A DNA stretch of 64,000 nt. It comes from Bispira polyomma. Lineage: Eukaryota. The stretch's first letter is position 1. Each line of letters begins with the position of its first letter. The notes beneath the pieces were generated by a model. It was given only the letters and a program-made list of their open reading frames with translations. It was not told the origin of the DNA and searched no databases. Location: positions 69,378,001 through 69,442,000 of the forward strand of contig OZ287750.1 of the NCBI GenBank assembly GCA_965649765.1, given 5' to 3'. The position numbers and the translations under genes were made by a program. Shown here one piece after another: positions 1 through 13,263 of the stretch.

Positions 1-1525
1 AAGTGTTTTGGCTTTGATCAACAAAGTGTCTGTTTTATAAAATTTAGTGAATTTCCAAATTTTACTAAAAAAACCCCCAAACAAACCATATAGGGCTTAC
101 TTTAAATATAAAACGAGTTCTACACTTCTAAGTCAAATATCTGGTGATGATATAGTATAGTATTTATATAATGTTGCTTTTTTAGTTAATTGAAGACAAT
201 GTCAATTTGTTTACTTGAATAATGAGTGTGTTACTTGACTAAGTAAATCTACAAGAAACCCATCTGACGACTTTGGCTAGATATTTACAACTAAACAAGA
301 GCTGGAGTGTGATTTTTTAAAATTTACTTTCTCTCCTCTTTATTCCCGTGTGTGTGTGTCTTACTGTTCCAGGGAGTCATGGCAATCTGCTCTTATTGTG
401 CACTCCCTATGGTTTCTAGGAACAATTCTTACAAATATAAATGACCCTTCATCACTCACTGCGGCTTTATAAACAGCCTCCTTGTGCAATAGAAAACATC
501 CCGGGGGCTGGTGTATCTTTGGCCTGGCAGCCTCCGGGCGATAATATGTCTTACTAACCACGCCGACCTTGGTTGAACTAAGTCATGCTCCCCTTGCTGG
601 CTTGTCTGGGATGGGTACAATTAATGATCCCTGAAGTGGTCACTGATAGCCGTTAATAAATGGCCCGAATCCACCTTTTCACTAAAATCACAGACGTCAG
701 ACTGGTGTTTCTGTGGAACTGTGGACCATGATTGATCACTTGCTCAGTTCTCGGTGATTTGTTTGCCAATAAATTGCTTTTCTCTCTAAATTCTATCCCA
801 TGTTCCCCCGATGCCTCAGTCTCAAAGTGTTTTAGTTGGGAACACATTTTACTCTACAGAAAAGATGTGTTCTATTGGAATAATGGTACTAAAATTTTGT
901 CAATAATTTAGAATTTTGGTTTGTATAGATATACAAAAACACTCATCCAGTACAAACAATTCTGAACCATAATTCTTTTTTTCACCAGCTACTTAAAAAA
1001 AGCTTCCTTATGCTTAAAACGTTATACATACATGTGTGTGTGTATATATGTTTAAACAAAGGGATTTCATAGCAATAACCACTTCACAATGAAAATAGAA
1101 GCCCAAACAACAGCAGACAGAGACAGGATCTGGATCCAGAGATCCTAAATCTGGTGGCGCCACTGTCTGTTTGATCTGGAAATAGAAATAACAAATACTT
1201 ATATATACATATTGTTGCTGTTGGTGCTTGTGGTCTGTGCACTACAACCCTATACAAGTTACTTTTATCTTAGAAATAATATGCAAGACCTCCATGGATT
1301 GGTCGGCAGTATTCGACTGTGAAAAGTGAGAATTGTCAGATTAAGATTATCAGGCAATTATCATGTACAGCTGCCATGTTGAAAATAATATGGAAGGTCT
1401 TTATGAAATGGTTAGAGGTAGTCGACTCGGACAAACTGAGAGGTATTAGTCACACTGTGCGCCGAGTGTGTCTTTTTAAAAAAGAATGTTCATGTTACTT
1501 AATACTAACCAACTAACTAATTATG

Positions 1526-1715
1526 TGCCTCCGTGGTGTAATGGTTATTCATGCGCTTTCCACCTGTGGAGGTGTAGGTTCGAATCTTTCGGCTTTGGAA
1601 AATTTGGCAGTAGATTTGCTGATGCAGAGCAATGTGGTCTGATTCATTGCACCTGTGAACTTCCCATTGTCATATGACACAAGACGTGTTAAAAGCAGTG
1701 TTAAACCCAAACTAA
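1526..1715 (+). mobile_element. tRNA-derived SINE (decayed)
   Basis: A-box-like GTGGTGTAATGG, B-box GGTTCGAATC, 3' tail ATATGAC...GTTAAACCCAAACTAAA resembling other SINE tails in the window. Confidence 0.6.
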
Positions 1716-3097
1716 AGCTTAAATCCATATGGAACCGTTAAACATAACTGGCATGTCATTCTGGAATGGCTAAGTATTCTAGTATTACTCGCTCGCAACA
1801 TATTTGGGCAGATTTTGTAAAATTTCTGATATATACCTAATATAATAAAAAGAAGAGATGTTTATTCCATAAATAAGAGTGTTGTCGTTTTATATGAATA
1901 TTACTATTCTTACTTCTTATCTTTCCCAGTGCTTATTTGATTGATTTGATTTGATTTGTGTCAAAAAGTATACTAGGAGTACATATACCACATAATCAAA
2001 CCATGTGAGTGTCGGGGATGACCACTTAAAACTGTAATTTTTTTGCTATTCGGTCGTATCTCCAGCAGAAGACTAAAACAGGGAACATTGACACATTACA
2101 AACCTATAGCATAATCATTGTCAATCGGTAAAATGACTATTATAGGTGTATGATACATGTGTATCTGCTGTTAAGAAAAGGTTTGTTGTTGTTTTTAGAG
2201 AAGGGGATATACTGCATGGAGTATAGATTGCTTTGTTTTTTTTATGTCGCTTTCACCATATTTTGTGTCACATCACAATCGCCAGTTCTCTGGTGGAAGA
2301 GCAGTGCTAGAAGTAATATTATATGTGTAAGATCTATTTTAAAGTATGTAATACCATAAGGTGAGCTTAACATAGCTTGAAATGTACTTGGATTAGAAAA
2401 AAACATAATGAAATTGTTAAAAGTGATTAAGATTTGCGTGAAGGTATCAGGACAATGCTGACCCGTTTTTAAAGCAAATGTGTTTTATTTCCTCCTCCCC
2501 TTATGATTGGGTTGTTGCTTTTAACTAATCGTGCAAAAAGTTTATGGTCTTATAATTACTACTTGTGAATAATAGAATATGATCGAATACATTCCAGTAA
2601 AACAATTCTCTATTGCTCATATTGAAATCTCCTTATTTGGGTTGACTCACAATAAAGTATCAATTGGAAATAGAACAACTACAGGGACCGGTAAATAACT
2701 CTCCTTTACCCTGAGGTATTCCCCGGGCTAAATCTATTTCATGGACCATGCTATAGCCTTACATAGGCTCAAGTGTGTCGGACAGCCTTATTTGATATTA
2801 CAATAATTTAGCACCTGGGCAATGAATGCGAGTAGATTTCTTAAGATGTTATTTTTTGAGAGGTTTTGCACAACATATTTATATTACTGTGGGCAATACA
2901 ACTATAACTGCTCAATAAGCATAATCGGGAGTTCAACTCATATTGAACATGAATACTTATAGTGACATTTTTCCTTTACAATAATAGTAGTGTTAGTGTA
3001 AATACTGTTAATATTCAGTAATACCATATACTGGCCATAAAATGGAACAAGAAAAATGCATGTACATCCACAAAGGAGTATAATAAGTGTTTTACCA

Positions 3098-3404
3098 CTA
3101 CACCACAGTATACCCCCCTGCTGAAGCTTTAGGCATGGCTAGCAAAAATATGAAAGCAATAGTCCTAAAATCCAACCAGTAAGAGACTACATCTTGTAGG
3201 CACTCACAGCTACTTAGTGTATCTCTCAATGATGGGTAGATCTCCCTCCAGAATCTACAATTCCTCTCCTTAGGCCCATATATCACCTCCAGTTGGCCTG
3301 TTTTCAACTGCAGGGCACTTTTCTCTTTAGTGGTGTAGTTGGGCCACACTGGCAGGGTCATCCCTGGCACTGTGCTGTCTGGATCCTCCCCATAGTTTGG
3401 GTCT
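3098..3404 (-). CDS. Cholinesterase, terminal coding exon (joined protein ~609 aa)
   Basis: ttttccttAG acceptor at 3405-3406. The phase-2 join gives ...FAKSG-DPNYG...WPNYT...CRFW, a typical ChE C-terminus with a hydrophobic tail and TAG at 3098-3100. Confidence 0.9.
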
Positions 3405-3699
3405 CTAAGGAAAAAGTAAAGCAATTTTGTATCTACTTTTACCTAAAAAGGTGTGTGGCTTTAGCATTTGATGTTATCAAGAATTATAAAATGATCTGTG
3501 CCTGTATTCCGAAAAATATCAGCAAAACACTTCAGCCAGCCCAGACTCAACTCAACTTCAGACTATTTGTACTTCCTGTATATAATTTTTAATTAGGTTG
3601 TGTTTTAGGTCGATTTCCACAGCTTGGATTGCCAGATTCAGTAGCTTCCTGTAATGACAGAATGTACTTATAATTTTGAAAAGGGCCTACAATTAAATA

Positions 3700-4250
3700 A
3701 GCAGATGTTTCCAAATACGTGTGAGCCTCCTTGATTATTAAATAAGGTTAAAAGAGTGTCTAAATACTTTTTTCAAAAATCACACTTCAGCGATGGACTG
3801 TGAGATACCAAAACTGCCAGTGTTAATGGTACAATTGAACAAAGTTAAAAATGGTATTCAACTCTTCAACAAGGAACTAAAAAGCGTACATAATCTGGAC
3901 AACATATTGAAGCACAACCAGGAGCTTATGCTATAGGTACCATTTACTACTAGCAAATGGCAAACTGTTTATGCGATATGTTTTAAAAGTATTCTTGACA
4001 AGGACAATTTTCCTAAAATGGGAAAGGTAGAAAATAATTTATGCAGGTTCTGTGACAGATATGATGAATCTATCGGCAATCTTTTTGTTGAATGTGAAAC
4101 AACTTTCACAAAATTTCAAGCGAGGTAAAGACTATTCTTTCCTAAAGTACAGATTTAGAGTAAAAAAATTATGTCCTTTTAGGCTATGCTTGTAATGAAA
4201 AGAATAATCACTTACCAAGAGTTTTTCTCTAAAACAAATCTAGTGTAAAT
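3700..4250 (+). pseudogene. L1/Tx1-type LINE C-terminal remnant in the ChE intron
   Basis: Translation around 4033-4100 gives NNLCRFCDRYDESIGNLFVECE, a decayed RT-associated Zn-finger (C-x-FC...ES..HLF..C). Confidence 0.55.
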
Positions 4251-4519
4251 TACTGGCTAAAAATGGAACTACTGGCTAAAATGAACTAGTTGCAGTTCCA
4301 CAGAACTTTTGGTAATATAAGTAATCTATATAATTTGTATATATACTTGTAATGGAAAATAACAATTTTTGTACTTTGCAACTCGGTTCCCATTCATTAT
4401 CAAATTTTGTTTAAAACCCATGTAACCACTTGCAAAGCTGTTGTATCTCAGCAGCATTCTGACCTTGCTACTCATCTTCCTTTTAGGAACCTCAAGAAGG
4501 GCCAGATACTCCGTAAAAC

Positions 4520-4780
4520 CCACCAAGGAGGCTAAATCTAGAGCTTTCCTAATTGCTGACCCGAGCTTAGACTACTAAAAAACATTGTGGGTTAAGGACA
4601 CAACTTAAAATCTGTCTCTTTAAACTCACATACCCCTATTAATTATTTTCTTGTACACCCCAACACCCTTCCTTACGAGCTTGCTGTGTCTTTTAAAATG
4701 TTCTCTTAGTTAATTGCTTCTGTTGTTGTGCTTTAGAAGATGTCTTGTATGATAGGGTACATTAAACATGCAAAATATAA
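4520..4780 (+). mobile_element. L2/CR1-group LINE 3' end fragment
   Basis: Similar to the 3' end of the 42005-43951 copy (cttagactac, tctctttaaactc, ccttacga, gctttagaagatg). Confidence 0.55.
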
Positions 4781-7707
4781 TTATTCGTGTAATCATACAC
4801 TTTGATATACTAGAGATACAATAAATATGCAAATCCAAGTAAAGGAAGTATAGCGACAGGCCTTTTTAATTATTTACTACATTTTAAAGTATGTAATCTA
4901 CTTTGAATGTTCTTCTCATGGTGAATTTTAAAGCATTAGAATTTTAAAGTAGTTTTAACTTTCAGGTGTATGCAGACTATTGTTTAGAGAAGCTTCTCTG
5001 ATATGCTATATACAATTCATCGCACACTTGGATTCGCTGCAGTAAAAGGGGTTAATACAATCAGCTGACAGAGCAAATGCAATCTGGCTCCAGATTTCAT
5101 GGGGCGCAGACATTGTAATGATTTGTCCCATGATATAAGGGTTTATTGACCCTAAAGCTAATCAGTAATGACCTCGGGTTACATACAAATCCATATTCCC
5201 ATGTAGTCCCTCTATAACAACTTATATGCTGCAATCAATAAAACTGCCAATTTTACCTAAGAATACTATACCCATATAGTATACAAGTATACAATGAGTT
5301 CTGTTTGTTGCCTTGATACAGGACAGGCAGCTGGAATAGACAACTAGGTTATTAACATACCCACACGTTTAGATCATGTTTTAATCATTAATGTGTTGAT
5401 TATTTTACCAGAGTTACAAAAGATTCTTGTCATGTGAAGTTTATACATTACTGATGGATGGTTACTTTTATCACCTGTAAAAACCTTAACAATTGCATGA
5501 CCCAAATGTTAAAAATCCACACAGTTATACTTACCTTGTTAATTGTTTGTTGTTGCTTGATACAAAGTAAGTTTACTTGGAAATATTGATACCGATACAT
5601 ATAACCACCTTTAAATTAAGTTAGTCACTTTAATGTTAAGTTAGTAACTGAACTAAAGGTGGTTGTTTGTATTTAAAGCTACTGCCAGCCTGTAGTGTCA
5701 CGTGTTATTTTGCTATTGTGACGTCATTATTGCCTGTAACTATTGATTTGTGAGCAGAGGTTCTTTGCTAAATTGGAAAACTGACGTTGTTCTGCATCAA
5801 TATTTAATAATAGAAACCTTGGGTTACACTTAAAATTGTCTGCCTACCAGTCTTATAAAAGTGTTTGCAGGATAAACAGAATAAATCAATTGATCTTACT
5901 TTTAGTAAAACTTCAGCCTATGTCTTCATACCTCATACAGACGAACAAGCGAGACAAAGACACTACAATGTTTTGTACCTATTAGTGAGTATACGTTTCA
6001 ACTTAGTTTCAGATTATAACATATACCATACACAAGTTTCAACACAAGTTTTGTAGAATCTCTGCGCGTCTAGTGCAGACAATTTACAGAGACTTTGCCT
6101 ATGAAAGTTGCGTCTCACCCACACAGGTGTATGTGGTCTGCAAATGTTTGCAAATACCCCAAGAGAGTGATTTGCAGCTTCTATAAACAAATCCGACTGT
6201 TGTTGCTACTAACCTCTGATATTATTGCTAAATGCTAGTAAGCTTTGTTCACATCTGCAAAGTTTGTTTTTGTTCCCCGAACGTCTGCGAAGTGAATAGA
6301 TCACTCAGTATAGTAACTCAAAGACATGTTTTGTATCTCTTCATTTATCTACTGGGAGATATTTGGATTGTCTTACAGAACTCACGGAATTTTTTTATTG
6401 CAACAAACTTCAGATTTTCCTCTCAAACATACATTGAGCAACAAGCACTTTCTCTGTCATTCTGCACATTGTAGTGATTATGTTTAATGTAGAAAACTAT
6501 TGAACAGAAACATTTACTTGAGCACAAGTACAAACTAGCAGAGTGATACAAAAATACAGTTTATGTTATGTGATTGTTTAGAAGCAACAAGGGTAAAGCA
6601 CAGTTTGGAAATCTGTAAAGTACACTCAATATTTAAAAGTGTTCCCTCTTGTCATAAAATCGAGGAATTTATTTCTGGTAAAAAATTCCAAAGGTATAAC
6701 TTTAGAACATTTTTTGTGTTGTGTGTGTTGTAAGTTTCTTTAAGGAAGTTATTTACTGTTTTTAAAAACAAAATTGCCTCTCAAGGAGCAATATATAGGT
6801 GAATAGTGTATATTTTAATGTGGCACATTTTCTTGCATTTTGTTATCTTGTGGGGCTTTAAAAAATGATTCGTGTTGATTCTATTATCAGTAGTTTTGTT
6901 ATTAATACTCTCAAATGCAAACATTGCAGATTAAGGATAGCAACTCTGAATGAATCTTTTGTTAGAAGTATCTGGTTGCACTGGTTATAGGGTGTGGCTC
7001 TCATTGCATGAAAGCAGTAATTGTTTTTCTGTAATGTCATTTTTATCCCGTTATACACACACACATTTGTGCACCTAAATAAATCAAGTGCATCCTAGTT
7101 ATGGCAAATGTAGTACAACTATGGAGGAGGTTGTGGCCATTTTTCTTGACACTATTTTTCTGCAATAATATGCAATAGACAAACTTGAAACTATGAATGA
7201 CTGATATCAAAATTGCCTTGCAGTATGAGGGGGAAGAAAAATACACATTATTGTCACCTAAAGGGTCACTTGCTATACATGTGAATACAAGTCACCAAAA
7301 CATAAGTAAAAGTACTACCTAGAAACATGTTTGTCATTTGTAGTCACTAAAAGTTCCTGCTCGACTTCCTTAAGGAAAAAATTTACCATATTAAGATGAA
7401 AAAATTTACATATTGCTTAGCTGTACCTTATAGTTCTTTAAGTAAGTCTGGTGGAAGATTGTTAAAATGGTGCCTATATTTATTTTTCAATAAATATGTA
7501 TAAAATGAAAATGTATTTAATTCACAAATAAATTAAGGATGCCAGAATAGAAAGAAAAAACCCAGTTAGATTAGAAGTAGCATTGTGGCACCAAGGAAAT
7601 AGATAGATTTAGGACATGATCCCCCGGAAGAAAAAAGAAGTATACACTGCAATATATGCAATGGTTTATACATACATATATCTATATATATTGTCAATGC
7701 TACTTAC

Positions 7708-9230
7708 CCAGACTTTGCAAAGTTAGACCAGTAGGAGATCATCTTTGTACTGAGCTGTTCTTCTGCCTTGCGATACCTGCGGAGAGAGGCATTTAATGGA
7801 GCCCCAAAAACGTGGTCAATCTCATAGCCATGCATGACCCCAGTCCAGTCAGGCCAGGGGTTTCCAGATGTACGGTGTGTGAAGTAATACATGAACACCT
7901 CATTGCCCATCTTTGCATACTTTTCTGCCATCTCCACGACTGAGCAAGAAAATAATACATCACCCAGTAAGTTGTCTAAGTAAGCCACATAATTTGGAAA
8001 AATCTCATAGCTACCGGATTCATAATGATAGGAAACAAGGTCACGGAGGTTTTCATTTTGTGGATGAACTATTTCATTTACTATATCCACATATTTCGAC
8101 TTGGATATAGGGACGTTGTTGTTCTTGGAAATATAGCCTTCATATATCAGAAAGTAAGTGCCTTCATTCTTGTTCATGCCAAGCAGGATGTTGGCATTTT
8201 TTGACTGCCCACTATCAATTAAGTTCCTGGGTGTGTCGTGCAAGAAATAGTTGTCAATGGTTGGAACAAATGGTGTTGTAACGCGGGACTTGTCCGGAAC
8301 CTGATATGCTTTTTCACTGATGGCGATAGGGTCTTTAGTTTTTAAACATGCTAACATTTCCTCCGTCTCCCCGTAGCACCCTAGGAGATTAGCCAGTGCC
8401 TTGCTTTTACTCAAAGCTACATCAGGTTCATCTACTGCCCATATACCGAGTGAGCTTGCACTTTGCAAGATAACACTGTTAACATACTGCTTACTGAGAG
8501 ATGACATAAGGTGTAGGCTACAACTGGCAGCTCCCGATGATTCTCCAAATAATGTGATCCTGGTCTTATCTCCACCAAAAGAATGAATATTATTGCTTAT
8601 CCATTCTAGGGCCAAAGACTGATCTAACAGACCCATATTACCAGGTGCTTCTGGGATGTCCAGATATAGAAAGCCTATAGCACCAATACGAAACTGCACC
8701 GATACAACTACAACATTTCCTGTTACCGCTAAGGTTCTACCGTTGTATACATCCAGAGTAGAACTGCCAGATGAGAAGCTGCCGCCATACAACCAAACCA
8801 AGACTGCCAATGGTTCATCTGGCTGCACATTCGGTGTCCAGATATTCAAGTATAGGCAGTCATCACTAATGTTAGTATTTGGGTTCCACATCTGTGCACC
8901 CTCAAAGTCCCCAAACATAGTATCTGCCATCTGTGGACAGCAGTTGGGAAAGTTAGTGGCGTCATGCGTGGTCTCCCAAGGATCGATGGGCTCGGGCCTA
9001 GCAAAGCGCCTGTCATCCACAGGAGGTTTGGCGTATGGTATACCAAGAAATTGACTCACTTGAGCAGGTCCTGGTTTCAGTGTTAACTGAGAAGTGGTGC
9101 CTTTAACTGTCCCTGTTTTGGTGTTTATTTCTACATGTGAGGTGCTTTGGTCACCTGAGATGAGGATACACAACATGTGCAAAAGAGACCAAATGAGTAT
9201 TGGAGTACACTGTTTTGTTTTGAGAGCCAT
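7708..9230 (-). CDS. Cholinesterase (acetylcholinesterase-like), large first coding exon
   Basis: ATG at 9230 just after a tttcAG acceptor (9239-9240). Signal peptide MALKTKQCTPILIWSLLHMLCILISG. Family motifs FLGIPYAKPP, MWNPNT (choline-site Trp), SDDCLYLNIW, GESSG (catalytic Ser), NKNEGTYF (Glu), GVMHGYEI (His). GT donor after NFAKSG, the same intron position as in vertebrate ACHE/BCHE. Confidence 0.95.
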
Positions 9231-9483
9231 GGTTGATTCTGAAATACAAAAATGATAACACCTGGTTCTAACACATAGGTATAGCTGTGTGTCCAATAAA
9301 ATGTCTTTATGTTTGTTGTTGTTTTTAATTTATGTTTGCCACATTTGCTAGTGCAGACGTATGCCTGTACACTGATAATACTACTAGAGCAGACAGTTTT
9401 ATAATTGAGAGGTCTTTAAAATATAAAGGTTAATTACTATTAATATTAGCAGCTGATGCTTTTATATTCTTAATATATAAATA

Positions 9484-9700
9484 AACAAGTAGAAAGCTAC
9501 CCAGTAGATGCTACCTGTCGCAAAAAGCAATACAAATTACTAGATCCGCCCTTCTATCCAGATCCGCTCCAAAGTTTTATAGATTCTTTTTTGACTAATG
9601 CCTCATTCGTTCACTAAGTTTGGGTAAGTCGTAGTTTTTGTGTAATCCCAGTGAGAAACAAACGGATAAAACCAAAAACATAGCTAATGTGCAGAGGTTG
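9484..9700 (+). mobile_element. Decayed non-autonomous repeat, possibly Helentron-associated (HINE-like)
   Basis: AACAAG start, GATCCGC/GATCC repeats, 'aagtttgg...gtagtttttgtgtaatc...aaacaaac...aaaacata...gcagagg' 3' layout. Recognised from memory only. Confidence 0.35.
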
Positions 9701-10799
9701 CCCTCTTGACAAAAAAACAACAAAGACATTTTGTTATAAATACCTTCTATGCTTATGAAATATCTAGGCAAACAGCTCGTTATTAAAAGCCATTAATAGA
9801 AAGATCTGTTTACGCTGTGTATAACAATAGCTAACAAAGAATTTGTATTACATGTAAAAAAATCAATGCAGTTGTACTGAGATTGAGGGAAATGTATTGT
9901 GAACTATGTGACGTCATGTATAGAAAGGGCTCGTTTAAAGGTACGAGGACTTACAGATGTTCGCACACGTGTTCTCCAACTATTTCTTCCATCTATTGTG
10001 TTTAAACCTCAGAGAAAAAAACAACAACAAATTTACCTATTGTTTTGTACTGAAACAACAGAATAGGAGAAAAAGCTTATTTACAAATAATTCAGTCTGT
10101 GTGAACATTATTACACATACCTTTAAAGATAAAAATATGATTTACAAGCTACAATCCCTTAGTGTACTCCCTGTTACCTTGTTCTATTTTAGTGCTGTAA
10201 ATATAAGCTAAAAATCCTTACTATACAAATCCACCTACCAGCTGAGATGTGACAAAAACAAAGGCAAAAGAAGTAATCCCTTTGAGTAAATCCTATCTCA
10301 CACACAGATATAGGCAGATTTGTGTTCCTTTTAATCCCTGGCCATTCCAGCAGCAACTGCAGCAACACTAACAGCCTCTTGAAGAAAAAAAATCGGCGTC
10401 CCTAGAGTACTGCTTGCTTTCAAACATTCTCTCATTCACACTGATTACTTCTTGCTACCCTCCACCACCTTTTCCCCCTCCCCCTTTTTACTGTATTTCC
10501 CTGTTTACTGATCTGTGTTGCTAATATTATTAACCAGCTATTTCTGTGTGGCGTTTACCCACAAAGGAACAAGAACACAATCATCAGGTTAAGCAGAAGA
10601 GAGAATGAGGCTCACACAAAATTGACATGGCACTGTATCTTTATCAAAGTGTATATATATATATATATATATGTATTTTTATGGTATCCCCTGTTTCATT
10701 TGCTACAGCAGTTGTATGTGTTGTATACATGTGTGTGAGTGTGTTTATTCCTGTATGTTTTCTCTTCTTTTTTGCCATATGCCAATATGACGAAAGAAT

Positions 10800-10860
10800 G
10801 AGCCAATCAAAGCTCATTGACTCACCAAAGAGCATCTCCCGCGTTAACTTGTGACGTCAA
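10800..10860. promoter_or_regulatory. Candidate ChE upstream elements (CCAAT box and CRE palindrome)
   Basis: AGCCAATC at 10801 and TGACGTCA at 10852, upstream of the ChE coding exon, which has a splice acceptor and so needs an upstream non-coding exon. TSS not determined. Confidence 0.25.
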
Positions 10861-12774
10861 TAAAGAGGTCATTATATGCCTATAACACACACAGATATGT
10901 CAGAAGTGAGGCCTCTCCTTATGTTATGGTTGGTGTGTAGCAGTAGTGGGATGCAAGACACTGTGATGGAACATGGATAAACTAGGTGTGTTTGTGGATA
11001 TTATGTATATTTACAGGCTACAAAATATAACCTCTCAGATGTCTGAAATATGTGTATATTAAGTGTGTAGTAAATTGGTCTTGATCAATGTCTATATCTT
11101 TGCTTTAGGTTGTTTATTGAGGAGTATGCAATATTTTGTAGAGTTTTAAGATGATGTAAGGTCACCACTATGGTGGATCTGCACAGGGAAAAGACTGTGG
11201 AATACCTATGCAAATGTTATCTATTTTATTAGGGAGGAAACAACAGATAAAAACCATGGCAAAGAAAAACAAAACCTTTACAGTTAAAAATTACCTCACA
11301 AAAACCTACAATAAATCTAAAGCCTGGTGTATTGATACAAAGTCTATAGAGACCCAGACTTCAACTATTGACTTCTTCCATGGAACTGACACAATAAATC
11401 TATCAGTAATATACCTTTCCAAAGCTTCCCTTTAATCATATTATTTTTTGGGTGTTCTGATTCTCTCTGTGTGTTTATTGGACAGCTTATGTATATTTTC
11501 TGGGGCCTGGTTTACCAAGAGCTCTTGTACTTAAAACCCACAACAATATAAAACAAATTATGCTGTGCTATAGGTATGTTTGTAATACACCAGTCACATC
11601 TAAAATATGTCCGAATATAGTTTCAAATCCCTTTCTTTAAAAGCTCTATCAAGATCAATAATCGGGCTTTTGTCTGGTAATAGTAATAAAACTAATCTAT
11701 CTGCTTTTGTTTTCGAGTTTGAGCGGACCGGTGAGTGTGATTTGACAAATGATGAACCTGGTGTTGTTCTCAGTATATGAGATAGAATAAAACACTGGTC
11801 TCGGTAGGATAATCTAATATTTAAAAAAGTGACATGTGTCTGCTGTGGCAAAGGTGCTGGAGGTTTCTTCGGTATTATCAGCGCTTTTGTAAGTATGGAG
11901 AAGTGAAAGCTGTGTTTATGAACTGGTGAAAAGACTAAAATACGTGATCAACTATGTAATTTTTGTTACTAATTTTAATATATATGTTGTGGCCACATTC
12001 TTCTTTAGACCCATTACAAATATGTTTATAACATTTTCATATTTTGGCCTGATTAGTATTCTTTAAAATGATTACAGCAACTGGCTGGCATTAATTTTGA
12101 CAATGATTATTACTGTCTTAATGACACAAATAAACAGATCAGTTCTTTTTATTTAATCTTCTCAGTGAAGACATGAAGCAAAGAAGATCTTTGCACGAGT
12201 CTTTGGGAACTGTTCTATTTTGAGATATCCGTACAAACAACATCTGTCAGTGTACAACTCAATACTTCTCACTGGATGATGTAACACTTGGGTTGTGTAT
12301 CAAGAGGAATCATGTCATTTGAGTGACATTCACGCCCTCGCACATTTTACAAGAGAAGTCAATTAACATTGTTGCGTGTATTGTGTTTGATGTATCTAGA
12401 CAAATTCACAATTCCGCCAACATGTGAGAAAATCTGGGTCAATATTGCCTTAGATCTGGCAAATCCATTTCGCAAGAACGTAAATGTCAAGCAAAAACTG
12501 CACTGCAGATGCAAAAGTCAAACAGTTTATTTTAAAAGCAATACATTTTCATCTTCATTCTTACAAGCGCCCTGCATCTTTAGCGTCACTATAGGTTTGG
12601 CTCCACAGTAGTGTTCTCTGTTCCAGTACACTCATCGAGATCCCATCCATTTTGTGGTTCTTTTAAGTGACATAAATCAGAGTACATTTTTTAAAAACAG
12701 GACAATTTTTTTAACGGCAAAGTTCCCCAGGTGTCATTTAACCTGTGGTAAAGAACACTCAACAGACAATTCTC

Positions 12775-12975
12775 AATAATTAAAAAAAAATTTTAAAATA
12801 TAAGAGGATTGCAAAAAATTCAATGCAGAAATTTTTAATCTGTAGGTCACCAAAGGTCAAAAGTGAAAAGTTCAATTCGCAATAATTAAAATTAATCAAA
12901 TATAAGAGGATTGAAAAGCAGATTAATGCAGAATATTTTTAACCTGTAGGTCACCAAAGGTCAAAAGTGGAAAGT
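12775..12975. repeat. Imperfect tandem duplication (~110 bp x2)
   Basis: aatataagaggattg...aatgcaga...ctgtaggtcaccaaaggtcaaaagtg occurs twice. Confidence 0.7.
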
Positions 12976-13049
12976 TAGATGTAACTGAGGTATACCAGTA
13001 ATCCGAGGTCAGATAATAGTATTTATGTTGATTCAAACTCACTACTTGA

Positions 13050-13263
13050 ATGAATTTGAATTTAGTTGGGGTTTTCGTCATTTTTAACAGCTCAGGTAAT
13101 ATTGCAACGGCCAGATTTAAAGGTGGAGGAAACCAATAGAACTGTAGAACTGTAAACCACCAAAAGTTTCCCACATGAAAGACCAAATGGGATTCAAACC
13201 CACATTAGTGAGAGGCCAGCAATTGTGAAGCTAACACTTCTAACCATTAGGCCGCTGCGGCCC
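13050..13263 (-). mobile_element. tRNA-derived SINE (Meta-domain-like body)
   Basis: Minus strand: GGGCCGCAGCGGCCTAATGGTTAG...GGTTTGAATCCC...CATGTGGGAAA...GGTTTCCTCCACC...GCTGTTAAAAATGACGAAAACCCC tail. Confidence 0.7.

Noticed and set aside
628-655. CCCTGAAGTGGTC..GATAG (also at 18990) as a minimal hammerhead core
   Set aside because: No intact CUGANGA/GAAA core or closing stems.
1526-1600. tRNA genes
   Set aside because: The A/B-box sequences are SINE heads with no cloverleaf.
8656-9054. Plus-strand ORFs overlapping ChE, I-element and Pao ORFs
   Set aside because: Antisense shadows of real coding sequence with no independent motifs.
9231-9296. ORF-track N-terminal extension of ChE (MDTQLY...)
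   Set aside because: It crosses a splice acceptor; the ATG at 9230 gives a proper signal peptide.
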